Shown: one piece after another, positions 16,857 to 24,000 of the stretch
Numbering within the stretch: position 1 is the stretch's first letter
Layout: every line of letters starts with the position of its first letter
Source of the DNA: Citrobacter braakii
Lineage (GTDB): Bacteria; Pseudomonadota; Gammaproteobacteria; Enterobacterales; Enterobacteriaceae
Direction: 5' to 3'
Length of the DNA stretch: 24,000 nt
Assembly: GCF_002075345.1 (NCBI RefSeq)
Contig: NZ_NAEW01000011.1
Location: forward strand, 18,580 to 42,579
Program-made: the position numbers and the translations under genes
The notes under the pieces: generated by a model
What the model saw: the letters and a program-made list of their open reading frames with translations, nothing else
Told to the model about the DNA's origin: nothing
The model's database searches: none

Positions 16857-18116
16857 TTAGCTACGTTTGCTCAAAATCTCTTTCTCATAGGTGCGCACGC
16901 TGTCCAGCCACTGGCTTCCTGCTGGCGTGTCGTGACGCTGGCAATACATCTCCCAGACGGCCTGCCACGGCAGCGATTTTTGCTCTTCCAGCAAGGCCAG
17001 ACGTGCGGTGTAGTCGCCGCTGGCTTCAAGCTGACGCAGTTGTTCGGTCGGTTCTAACAGCGCGCGCAGCAGGGCTTTTTTCATATTGCGAGTGCCGATA
17101 ACCCACGCGGCGATGCGGTTAATAGAGGCGTCGAAGAAGTCGAGGCCGATGTGTACGCGGTCGAACAGGTTGTGGCGGACGATCTCGCTGGCAATCGCCT
17201 GCGTTTCATCATCCAGCAGCACCACGTGATCGCTGTCCCAGCGCACCGGACGGCTGACGTGCAGCAGCAGACGCGGTACGTACAGCATGGCGGCGGAGAT
17301 TTTGTCGGAAATCACTTCAGTCGGATGGAAGTGACCCGCATCCAGGCACAACGCAGTCTGACGGCTGGTGGCGTAACCCATATAGAACTCGTTGGAGCCC
17401 ACGGTGTAGCTTTCGGCGCCGATGCCAAACAGCTTGCTCTCGACGGCGTCGATATGGTGCGCCGGGTCGAGTTTTTCGCTGATCACTTCATCCAGTGCTT
17501 CAAGCAGACGTTGGCGCGGCGCTAACCGGTCAACGGTAATGTCTTTCATGCCATCCGGGATCCAGATATTCATCACCGATGGCGTACCCAACTGCTCGCC
17601 AAAATACGCTGAGACGCGACGGCTGGCTTTGCAGTGGTCAATCCAAAACTGGCGAATGGTGTCATCGGCGTGGGCCAGCGTGAAGCCGTCGGCGCTCAGC
17701 GGGTGAGAGAAGCAGGATGGGTTGAAATCCAGCCCTAACTGGTTTGCTTTCGCCCACTCAACCCAGTTTTTAAAATGTTCAGGTTTGATTTGGTCGCGGG
17801 CAACCGGCGTATCGGACTCCAGATAGATCGCGTGCAAATTCAGACGCTTTGGACCCGGGATCAGGCTCAGTGCCTGCTCCAGATCGGCGCGCAGTTCGGT
17901 GGCGTTACGCGCTTTGCCCGGATAGTTGCCGGTAGCCTGAATACCGCCTGTGAGCGAGCCTTCTGGATTCTCGAAACCGGCGACATCATCGCCCTGCCAG
18001 CAGTGCATGGAGACCGGCAGACGATCGAGCTGGCGTAAGGCCGCCTCGACATCAATGCCTACCGCGGCGAAACGCAGTTTTGCCAGTTCCCAGGCTTGTT
18101 CAAGTTGAGTGGTCAT
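16857..18116 (-). CDS. rhaA: L-rhamnose isomerase
   Basis: I moved the start to the ATG at 18116; the track uses a TTG at 18122. This gives [13 protein letters not shown]... and 419 aa, as in E. coli RhaA. The ATG overlaps the rhaB TGA (ATGA, 18113-18116). Confidence 0.95.
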   Translation of the reverse strand: MTTQLEQAWELAKLRFAAVGIDVEAALRQLDRLPVSMHCWQGDDVAGFENPEGSLTGGIQATGNYPGKARNATELRADLEQALSLIPGPKRLNLHAIYLESDTPVARDQIKPEHFKNWVEWAKANQLGLDFNPSCFSHPLSADGFTLAHADDTIRQFWIDHCKASRRVSAYFGEQLGTPSVMNIWIPDGMKDITVDRLAPRQRLLEALDEVISEKLDPAHHIDAVESKLFGIGAESYTVGSNEFYMGYATSRQTALCLDAGHFHPTEVISDKISAAMLYVPRLLLHVSRPVRWDSDHVVLLDDETQAIASEIVRHNLFDRVHIGLDFFDASINRIAAWVIGTRNMKKALLRALLEPTEQLRQLEASGDYTARLALLEEQKSLPWQAVWEMYCQRHDTPAGSQWLDSVRTYEKEILSKRS

Positions 18117-19582
18117 GCGCAAAGCTCCTTTGTCTGTCGTAGTGATGGAAACTGCGCCTGGTAGCGGGCAATTTCACTTTCAGGATTTGGAATGAAGGTG
18201 GTCAGGTCGTAGTTGGCACGCACCACCTGACGGAAATCATCGACGTTGTTGAGCTCGTCCAGCGTCATCAACTGGATGCCAATATTGCCGAGCGTGGAGG
18301 CCTCAATCGGCCCGGACATCACGCGAATGCCGCAGGCATCCGCGCACAGCTGGTTCAGTAGGGCGTTCTGGCAGCCGCCGCCAACGATGTGCAGTTGGCT
18401 AAATGCTGCACCACGCAGTTGTGCCAGTTCTTGCAGAATGTCAGCGTATAGCAATGCCAGGCTGTCGAAGATACAGCGCGCCAGTTCGGCGTTTTGCTGG
18501 GGAACGGGTTGACCCGATTCACGACAGGCCGCCTGAATTTCCGCGCTCATATCATCGGGGTTGATAAAGCGATCGTCGTTCGGGTTTATCAGGAATTGGC
18601 AGGCCGGCAGCGCTTGCGTTTGGGCAATAAGCGTTGGCAGGTCGGTAATCTGGCGCTCTTTTAAAACGCGCTGGAGCAGCCACAGTCCCATGATGTTTTT
18701 CAGTACGCGGTAGCGCCCTTCCGCGCCCCCTTCGTTGGTGATGTTCGCCGCCAGCGCCGCATCGTTGGTATACGGCGTTCTGCTCTCAAAGCCCATCAGC
18801 GACCAGGTACCGGAAGAGAGATACGCACTATTTTTATCGGCCAGCGGTGAAGCGATGACCGCGCTGGCGGTGTCGTGACTGGCGACGGCCACAACCGGAA
18901 TTTGGTTTTTCTGCGGGCAAATCCAGTGACCAATGACGTTCCCCGGATGCGTCGGGCGACCAAACCAGGCTTTGTCTGCCCCGGTCCACGCCAGCAGCGT
19001 GTCATCCCAGTCGTCGGTGTTGATATTGACTAACTGGGTGGTGGTGGCGTTGGTGTATTCCCAGTTCAATTTGCCGGTCAGGCGAAAGCTGAAGTAGTCG
19101 GGGATCAGCAGAGCATGTGCCACCTGCGCAAGCAGTTCTGGCTGCTGTTCAACCAGCGCACGCAGCTGATACAGGGTGTTAAACGGCAGAAACTGAATGC
19201 CGCTACGGCGGTAGATTTCACCTTTACCTGGCTGCGCCATCGCCTGTGACATAATGCCGGTCGTGCGGCTGTCACGGTAAGAGACCGGCAGACCAACACG
19301 TTGGCCGGCGTTATCGATCAATACGTAATCCACGCCCCAGGTATCAATGCCAATGCTGTCTATCCGAATGCCTTCATCACAGACTTTTTTCAGGCCAAGG
19401 CGAATATCGTTTTCCAGGCTGTCGATGTCCCAGGTGTCAAAACCGTCCGTTTTTTGCAGACAGTTAACGAAGCGGTGGATTTCACGCAGCGTCAGGGTGC
19501 GGTGTTTACTGTCGTAACGTGCGAGCATTACGCGCCCACTGGATGCGCCGAGATCGACAGCGACACAATGGCGAAAAGTCAT
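18113..19582 (-). CDS. rhaB: Rhamnulokinase
   Basis: 489-aa FGGY-family kinase ORF, collinear with E. coli RhaB ([23 protein letters not shown]...). Confidence 0.95.
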   Translation of the reverse strand: MTFRHCVAVDLGASSGRVMLARYDSKHRTLTLREIHRFVNCLQKTDGFDTWDIDSLENDIRLGLKKVCDEGIRIDSIGIDTWGVDYVLIDNAGQRVGLPVSYRDSRTTGIMSQAMAQPGKGEIYRRSGIQFLPFNTLYQLRALVEQQPELLAQVAHALLIPDYFSFRLTGKLNWEYTNATTTQLVNINTDDWDDTLLAWTGADKAWFGRPTHPGNVIGHWICPQKNQIPVVAVASHDTASAVIASPLADKNSAYLSSGTWSLMGFESRTPYTNDAALAANITNEGGAEGRYRVLKNIMGLWLLQRVLKERQITDLPTLIAQTQALPACQFLINPNDDRFINPDDMSAEIQAACRESGQPVPQQNAELARCIFDSLALLYADILQELAQLRGAAFSQLHIVGGGCQNALLNQLCADACGIRVMSGPIEASTLGNIGIQLMTLDELNNVDDFRQVVRANYDLTTFIPNPESEIARYQAQFPSLRQTKELCA

Positions 19583-19633
19583 GGCGAGGTCCTTCTGAGT
19601 TTTATTGCACTCAGTCTAAGAACCCCGAATAAA

Positions 19634-19707
19634 GCGTACCTTCTTGACAGTGACAGCCCCAATTAGCGGCTGGCAACATGGCAAAGGTGAACGTGATGTT
19701 GTTCACA
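19634..19707 (-). promoter_or_regulatory. rhaBAD promoter: tandem RhaS half-site region plus an upstream CRP site
   Basis: The minus strand reads TGTGAACAACATCACGTTCACCTTTGCCATGTTGCCAGCCGCTAATTGGGGCTGTCACTGTCAAGAAGGTACGC. This aligns with the remembered E. coli PrhaBAD sequence (TGTGAACATCATCACGTTCATCTTTCCCTGGTTGCCAATGGCCCATTTTCCTGTCAGTAACGAGAAGGTCGCG). The CRP core TGTGA-N6-TCACG corresponds to plus-strand 19692-19707. Confidence 0.7.
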
Positions 19708-19736
19708 GTTTCCACTAATAGCGCGGATTTTGGCGG

Positions 19737-19860
19737 ATGTGACGCCTTCCGCATTTCCCGATCTTTCCCGCCATTTCTTGAAGAATTAACCGTGTTTACG
19801 CACTTTGGCGTCAAAAAATTAAGGTGAGGGTAGGAACCCTTAATTACTATTCAGCCATAT
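19737..19860 (+). promoter_or_regulatory. rhaSR promoter region (RhaR-binding region and a CRP-like half-site)
   Basis: The region aligns by eye with the remembered E. coli PrhaSR sequence (...TGTGA.GC...CCGCATTTCC...TTGAA.AAT...AAAATTTAAGGT...). The TGTGACGCCTTCCGCA motif is at 19737-19752. Exact site boundaries cannot be determined from sequence alone. Confidence 0.45.
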
Positions 19861-19882
19861 TCGTTAATCAGGGGGAGCCGTC

Positions 19883-20731
19883 ATGACCGTACTGCATTGC
19901 GTGGATTTTTTTCCGACAGGTAAAGCGCCAGTGGCTATTGAACCGCGGCTTCCTCAGCCCGCGTTTCCTGAACATCATCATGATTTTCATGAAATTGTGG
20001 TGGTCGAACATGGAACGGGGATCCATGTGTTCAACGGACAGCCTTACACCATCAGCGGTGGTACGGTGTGTTTCGTCCGCGATCATGACAGGCATTTATA
20101 TGAACATACTGACAATCTGTGTCTGACCAATGTGTTGTATCGCTCTCCGGATGCGTTTCAATTTCTGGCCGGGCTGAATCAGCTTTTGCCTCAGGAACAA
20201 AATGGGCAGTATCCCTCCCACTGGCGCGTAAACCAGGGCGTACTGCAGCAGGTTCGTCACCTGGTGGGGCAGATGGAGACGCTCGGCGAGGAGATGGATA
20301 CGCCCACGGCGGCAAATCGCGAGATCTTGTTTATGCAGTTGCTGGTACTGCTACGTAAAAGCAGCCTGATGGAAGCGGCGACCGATAACGATGCGCGGCT
20401 TAACCTTTTGATGGCATGGCTGGAGGATAACTTTGCCGAAGAGGTGTGTTGGGAGGCGCTGGCCGAGAAGTTTTCGCTCTCTTTACGCACTCTGCATCGC
20501 CAGCTTAAACAGCAAACAGGATTGACGCCGCAGCGCTACCTTAACCGTCTGCGACTGATTAAAGCCAGACATCTGCTCCGCCACAGTGATGACAGCGTGA
20601 CTGATATCGCTTATCTCTGCGGTTTCGGTGACAGTAACCACTTTTCGACGCTTTTTCGCCGTGAGTTCGAGTGGTCGCCACGCGATATTCGTCAGGGGCG
20701 TGACCTTATAGCGGGAAGCAGCCTTCAGTAA
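19883..20731 (+). CDS. rhaS: AraC-family L-rhamnose-responsive activator RhaS
   Basis: 282 aa. MTVLH.VDFFP.G...[70 protein letters not shown] is collinear with E. coli and Salmonella RhaS. GGGGAG lies upstream of the ATG. Confidence 0.95.
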   Translation: MTVLHCVDFFPTGKAPVAIEPRLPQPAFPEHHHDFHEIVVVEHGTGIHVFNGQPYTISGGTVCFVRDHDRHLYEHTDNLCLTNVLYRSPDAFQFLAGLNQLLPQEQNGQYPSHWRVNQGVLQQVRHLVGQMETLGEEMDTPTAANREILFMQLLVLLRKSSLMEAATDNDARLNLLMAWLEDNFAEEVCWEALAEKFSLSLRTLHRQLKQQTGLTPQRYLNRLRLIKARHLLRHSDDSVTDIAYLCGFGDSNHFSTLFRREFEWSPRDIRQGRDLIAGSSLQ

Positions 20732-20787
20732 CGCGAAAGCTATCAACGTTTTTTACCGTCCGTTTGCTGATAATCATACCCTTTCAT

Positions 20788-20812
20788 GCCGGATGCGCTG
20801 CGCTTATCCGGC
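20788..20812. repeat. Single REP-like palindromic unit in the rhaS-rhaR spacer
   Basis: GCCGGATGCGCTGCGCTTATCCGGC matches the REP consensus core (GCCGGATG...CTTATCCGGC). It lies within the 105-nt rhaS-rhaR gap. Confidence 0.7.
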
Positions 20813-20836
20813 AAGCGTACAGGTTGAGGTGATATG

Positions 20837-21685
20837 ATGGCGAATCATCTGGTTCTTTTGAAATCAGACTTTTTTGCGCATGAGCAGCAGGCTGTCGCCG
20901 TGGCCGATCGTTATCCGCAGGATGTCTTTGCTGAGCATACCCACGAGTTTTGCGAGCTGGTTCTGGTCTGGCGCGGCAATGGTCTGCATGTCCTTAACGA
21001 TCGTCCGTACCGGATAACCCGTGGCGATCTGTTTTATATTCGCGCCGAAGATAAACACTCCTACACCTCCGTTAACGACCTTGTGTTGCAAAATATCATC
21101 TACTGCCCGGAGCGGTTAACGCTGAATGTTGACTGGCAAGGGGCGATCCCCGGATTTGACGGTACGCCGAGGCAGCCGCACTGGCGACTTGGCAGCGTTG
21201 GCATGACCCAGGCCAGACAGGTGATAAGCCAGCTTGAGCATGAAAGTAATCAGCGCGATGCGCAGGCCTTTACCATGGCTGAGCTGCTGTTTGGTCAACT
21301 GGTAACTCACCTTAAACGTCATCGTTATGCCACGGATACGCTCCCGGCGACGTCAAGTGAAACGCTGCTGGATAAACTGATCACCGCGTTAGCCGGTAGC
21401 CATGAGCATGCGTTCGAACTGGATACATTTTGCGAGCGTGAACGGTGCAGCGAACGCGTTTTGCGCCAGCAGTTTCGCAGCCAGACCGGGATGACGATCA
21501 ACCAGTATCAGCGCCAGGTGCGGGTGTGCCATGCACAGTATCTGCTCAAGCATAGTCGGTTGATGATTAGTGAGATTTCCATGCGCTGCGGCTTTGAGGA
21601 TAGTAACTACTTTTCGGTGGTATTCACGCGCGAAACCGGGATGACGCCGAGCCAGTGGCGTCATCTCAGTACCCAACATGATTAG
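20837..21685 (+). CDS. rhaR: AraC-family L-rhamnose-responsive activator RhaR
   Basis: I chose the second ATG at 20837, with GAGG 7 nt upstream. This gives [65 protein letters not shown] and 282 aa, like E. coli RhaR. The track start at 20834 is one codon longer. Confidence 0.93.
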   Translation: MANHLVLLKSDFFAHEQQAVAVADRYPQDVFAEHTHEFCELVLVWRGNGLHVLNDRPYRITRGDLFYIRAEDKHSYTSVNDLVLQNIIYCPERLTLNVDWQGAIPGFDGTPRQPHWRLGSVGMTQARQVISQLEHESNQRDAQAFTMAELLFGQLVTHLKRHRYATDTLPATSSETLLDKLITALAGSHEHAFELDTFCERERCSERVLRQQFRSQTGMTINQYQRQVRVCHAQYLLKHSRLMISEISMRCGFEDSNYFSVVFTRETGMTPSQWRHLSTQHD

Positions 21686-22716
21686 CTGGCCATTCCCAGA
21701 CCAACAATGTTTGCCGCGACAATGATCACTACGCAGCCAAGACTTAGCACGCTGACCGGACGGCGACCCGCGTTTTTCCACTCTTTCAATACCAGTCCGA
21801 CAATTCCGCCGCACAGAACATAGAAGCTCATGTGCAGCATCCAGCTTACATAGTCATACTGTGCCGGAATACGAGCGTGGCCCCAGGCGTAGAAGAAGAA
21901 TTGCAGATACCACATCAAGCCACCAAGTGCGGAGAGCAGCACGTTGGTGATAATTAGCTGTTTGGCTAACGAGAAGTCAGCTTTTATCGACAAGTTTTTC
22001 ACTTTTGCCAGACGAATGAAGCAGAAACCCAGGTTGACTAGCGCGCCACCGCCCATGATAACCACATAGCTTGGCAGGGCGACATACAGCGGATCAACGC
22101 CCAACGCGGCGGCGGCATCGTGCATTGGTTTAGCAGCGTTCATCGCAAATGACATCCCGGCAGAGAAAATGCCGCACATGACCGCCAGAACCAGCCCTTT
22201 TTTCAGATTGAACTCTTCCGCTTTGATGCCCATTTTGCGTTCTTTTAACTGACCCGCACGGGTAACAATGCCCACGCCAATCAGCGCGACCAGCACGCCA
22301 AGCAGCGTCATGCGTCCGCCAGAGGTGTTGATCAGTACATCAAAGTTGCCGTTAATAATCGGGGTCATCAGCGTGCCGACAATCAGCGTAATACCAATCG
22401 CAATGCCGATGCCCATCGACATACCGAGATAGCGCATGGTCAGGCCATAGTTGATATTACCAATCCCCCACATCGCACCGAACAGAAACACCGGCGCCAG
22501 CGTGGAGAGGCTAAAGGAGCTGAAGTAGGCCCAGAAATCGGGAAGTAACATGGCGCTGATGGTCCATGGGAGGATAAGCCAGGAGACGATCCCGCCAACC
22601 GACCACATCGTTTCCCATGACCAATGTTTGACTTGCTTGAACGGGGCATAGAAACAGGCGGCACTGGCTGCGCCTATCAAATGCCAAAAGATACCCATCG
22701 TAATCGCGTTACTCAT
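21682..22716 (-). CDS. rhaT: L-rhamnose-proton symporter
   Basis: 344-aa polytopic ORF, near-identical to E. coli RhaT ([27 protein letters not shown]...). Confidence 0.95.
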   Translation of the reverse strand: MSNAITMGIFWHLIGAASAACFYAPFKQVKHWSWETMWSVGGIVSWLILPWTISAMLLPDFWAYFSSFSLSTLAPVFLFGAMWGIGNINYGLTMRYLGMSMGIGIAIGITLIVGTLMTPIINGNFDVLINTSGGRMTLLGVLVALIGVGIVTRAGQLKERKMGIKAEEFNLKKGLVLAVMCGIFSAGMSFAMNAAKPMHDAAAALGVDPLYVALPSYVVIMGGGALVNLGFCFIRLAKVKNLSIKADFSLAKQLIITNVLLSALGGLMWYLQFFFYAWGHARIPAQYDYVSWMLHMSFYVLCGGIVGLVLKEWKNAGRRPVSVLSLGCVVIIVAANIVGLGMAS

Positions 22717-22847
22717 GACTTAATCCTCGTTATTTTTTATCGTCGGTAATTACCCCTCCGACCAAACGAGTTTAAAAATTATGCAGGTAGTTAACCTTTT
22801 AACGATTGCCGCCATTTGGCGCATGTTGGCAATCATCACGTTAAGTG

Positions 22848-22863
22848 GGTGATTCGGCTCACA
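22848..22863 (-). promoter_or_regulatory. CRP-binding site candidate upstream of rhaT
   Basis: The minus strand reads TGTGAGCCGAATCACC, fitting TGTGA-N6-TCAC. It lies about 130 bp upstream of the rhaT ATG, consistent with CRP co-activation of the rhaT promoter. Confidence 0.55.
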
Positions 22864-22913
22864 TCTTTAGCAATGGACTTGAGTCATCAAAACCTTGTAA
22901 AAAGTACGGCATT

Positions 22914-22949
22914 GATAATCATTTTCAATATCATTTAATTAACTATAAT
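22914..22949 (+). promoter_or_regulatory. sodA promoter core: Fur-box-like operator plus a -10 hexamer
   Basis: GATAATCATTTTCAATATC (22914-22932) resembles the Fur consensus GATAATGATAATCATTATC. TATAAT sits at 22944-22949. The region matches the known Fur/ArcA/Fnr-repressed sodA promoter layout. Confidence 0.6.
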
Positions 22950-23005
22950 GACCCAACTGCTTACGCGGCGTTAACACTGGCCGCCCGACAATACTGGAGA
23001 TGATT

Positions 23006-23626
23006 ATGAGTTATGCACTGCCATCCCTGCCGTACGCTTATGATGCCCTTGAACCGCACTTCGATAAGCAGACGATGGAAATCCACCATACCAAACACCA
23101 CCAGGCTTACGTAAACAACGCTAACGCTGCGCTGGAAAGCTTACCTGAATTCGCGAGCCTGCCTGTTGAAGAGCTGATCACCAAACTGGATCAACTGCCA
23201 GCAGACAAGAAAACCGTACTGCGTAACAACGCGGGCGGCCACGCTAACCACAGCCTGTTCTGGAAAGGTCTGAAAACCGGTACTACGCTGCAGGGCGACC
23301 TGAAAGCGGCTATCGAACGTGACTTCGGCTCCGTGGACAACTTCAAAGCTGAATTTGAAAAAGCTGCGGCAACCCGTTTTGGTTCCGGCTGGGCGTGGCT
23401 GGTTCTGAAAGGTGACAAACTGGCTGTTGTTTCCACTGCTAACCAGGATTCCCCGCTGATGGGTGAAGCTATCTCTGGCGCTTCCGGCTTCCCGATCGTG
23501 GGCCTGGACGTTTGGGAGCACGCTTATTACCTGAAATTCCAGAACCGTCGCCCGGACTATATCAAAGAGTTCTGGAACGTGGTGAACTGGGACGAAGCTG
23601 CCGCGCGTTTCGCAGCGAAAAAATAA
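23006..23626 (+). CDS. sodA: Manganese superoxide dismutase
   Basis: I chose the ATG at 23006, with GGAG 7 nt upstream. This gives [42 protein letters not shown]... and 206 aa, near-identical to E. coli SodA. The track start at 23000 adds MI. Confidence 0.96.
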   Translation: MSYALPSLPYAYDALEPHFDKQTMEIHHTKHHQAYVNNANAALESLPEFASLPVEELITKLDQLPADKKTVLRNNAGGHANHSLFWKGLKTGTTLQGDLKAAIERDFGSVDNFKAEFEKAAATRFGSGWAWLVLKGDKLAVVSTANQDSPLMGEAISGASGFPIVGLDVWEHAYYLKFQNRRPDYIKEFWNVVNWDEAAARFAAKK

Positions 23627-23644
23627 GTTCTACGCTTTAGTAAG

Positions 23645-23676
23645 CCCCTGCAAGCGATGCTTGTGGGGGTTTTTTT
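23645..23676 (+). terminator. Rho-independent terminator after sodA
   Basis: CCCCTGCAAGC-GAT-GCTTGTGGGGG forms an 11-bp stem including 2 G-U pairs, followed by TTTTTTT. Confidence 0.8.
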
Positions 23677-23711
23677 GTGATCAAAATCAATATAAAAACA
23701 ATGATCCACTT

Positions 23712-23732
23712 AAATTGAAACAAGGTTTTATT
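23712..23732 (+). promoter_or_regulatory. KdgR-operator-like motif upstream of kdgT
   Basis: AAATTGAAACAAGGTTTTATT resembles the KdgR box pattern (AAT.AAA-N-TTT.ATT pseudo-palindrome). It lies about 130 bp upstream of the kdgT ATG. Confidence 0.4.
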
Positions 23733-23861
23733 ATGCGAGTGGGATCACTTTTATAGTCTCTATGAATGTCTATCTTCGTTTCATCAAGACGGGCGCATCT
23801 CATAAGCAAGATGCAATCGCCCATAAAAATTGCCCCATTTTTATGTCTACAGGTGATGGAA

Positions 23862-24000
23862 ATGCAGATCAAACGAACGATAGAGAAAATCCCAGGCGGC
23901 ATGATGCTGGTGCCGCTTTTTTTGGGCGCGTTGTGTCACACCTTTTCCCCCGGCGCCGGGAAATACTTCGGCTCCTTTACCAACGGTATGATCACCGGTA
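23862..24000 (+). CDS. kdgT: 2-keto-3-deoxygluconate permease, N-terminal 46 codons (continues beyond the window)
   Basis: Hand translation from the ATG at 23862 gives [46 protein letters not shown], matching the E. coli KdgT N-terminus. An in-frame ATG at 23856 is an alternative start. Confidence 0.88.
   Translation, partial: MQIKRTIEKIPGGMMLVPLFLGALCHTFSPGAGKYFGSFTNGMITG

Noticed and set aside
23687-23902. 71-aa minus-strand ORF in the sodA-kdgT spacer
   Set aside because: It overlaps the kdgT start and its probable KdgR-regulated promoter. The sequence is Cys/Ile-rich and odd, with no SD. The spacer is better explained as the sodA terminator plus the kdgT regulatory region.
1-24000. Search for CRISPR arrays, tRNA/rRNA genes, IS elements, integrases, and toxin-antitoxin or defence-system gene pairs
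   Set aside because: I saw no regularly spaced direct repeats, no cloverleaf-like or rRNA-like sequence, and no transposase or recombinase-like ORF. Every ORF above 100 aa that is not a shadow ORF is assignable to a housekeeping, transport or regulator family.

Overview
Enterobacterial chromosomal segment, with protein sequences close to Escherichia, Citrobacter and Salmonella. From my memory of E. coli K-12 gene order (b3894-b3909), it is syntenic with the K-12 fdo-frv-rha-sodA region. Gene order is: fdoI' (partial), fdoH and fdoG on the minus strand; fdhD (+); a small DUF1471 secreted protein (+); frvR-frvX-frvB-frvA (-); azlD-like and azlC-like (-); an XRE-HTH/cupin regulator (+); a very AT-rich spacer; an outer-membrane porin with an N-terminal coiled coil (+); rhaM, a fucO-like lactaldehyde reductase, rhaD, rhaA and rhaB (-); rhaS-rhaR (+); rhaT (-); sodA (+); kdgT' (partial, +). 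fdoG is a selenoprotein: the ORF track splits it at an in-frame TGA that is followed by a SECIS hairpin. REP/BIME repeats sit in three intergenic gaps of the rha cluster. I found no rRNA, tRNA, CRISPR array, transposase, integrase or phage gene. Relative to my recollection of K-12, the non-core content is threefold. First, the roughly 3.8 kb azlDC / XRE-cupin / porin block lies between frvA and rhaM. Second, a fucO paralog is embedded in the rha catabolic operon. Third, a DUF1471 gene sits where K-12 has yiiG. I do not see a convincing new multi-gene system such as a defence, toxin or secretion locus. The most second-look-worthy items are the orphan coiled-coil porin behind a spacer of about 25% GC, the palindromic operator candidates, and a degraded small secreted-protein ORF. 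All function calls come from reading the translations by eye. No database search was run.
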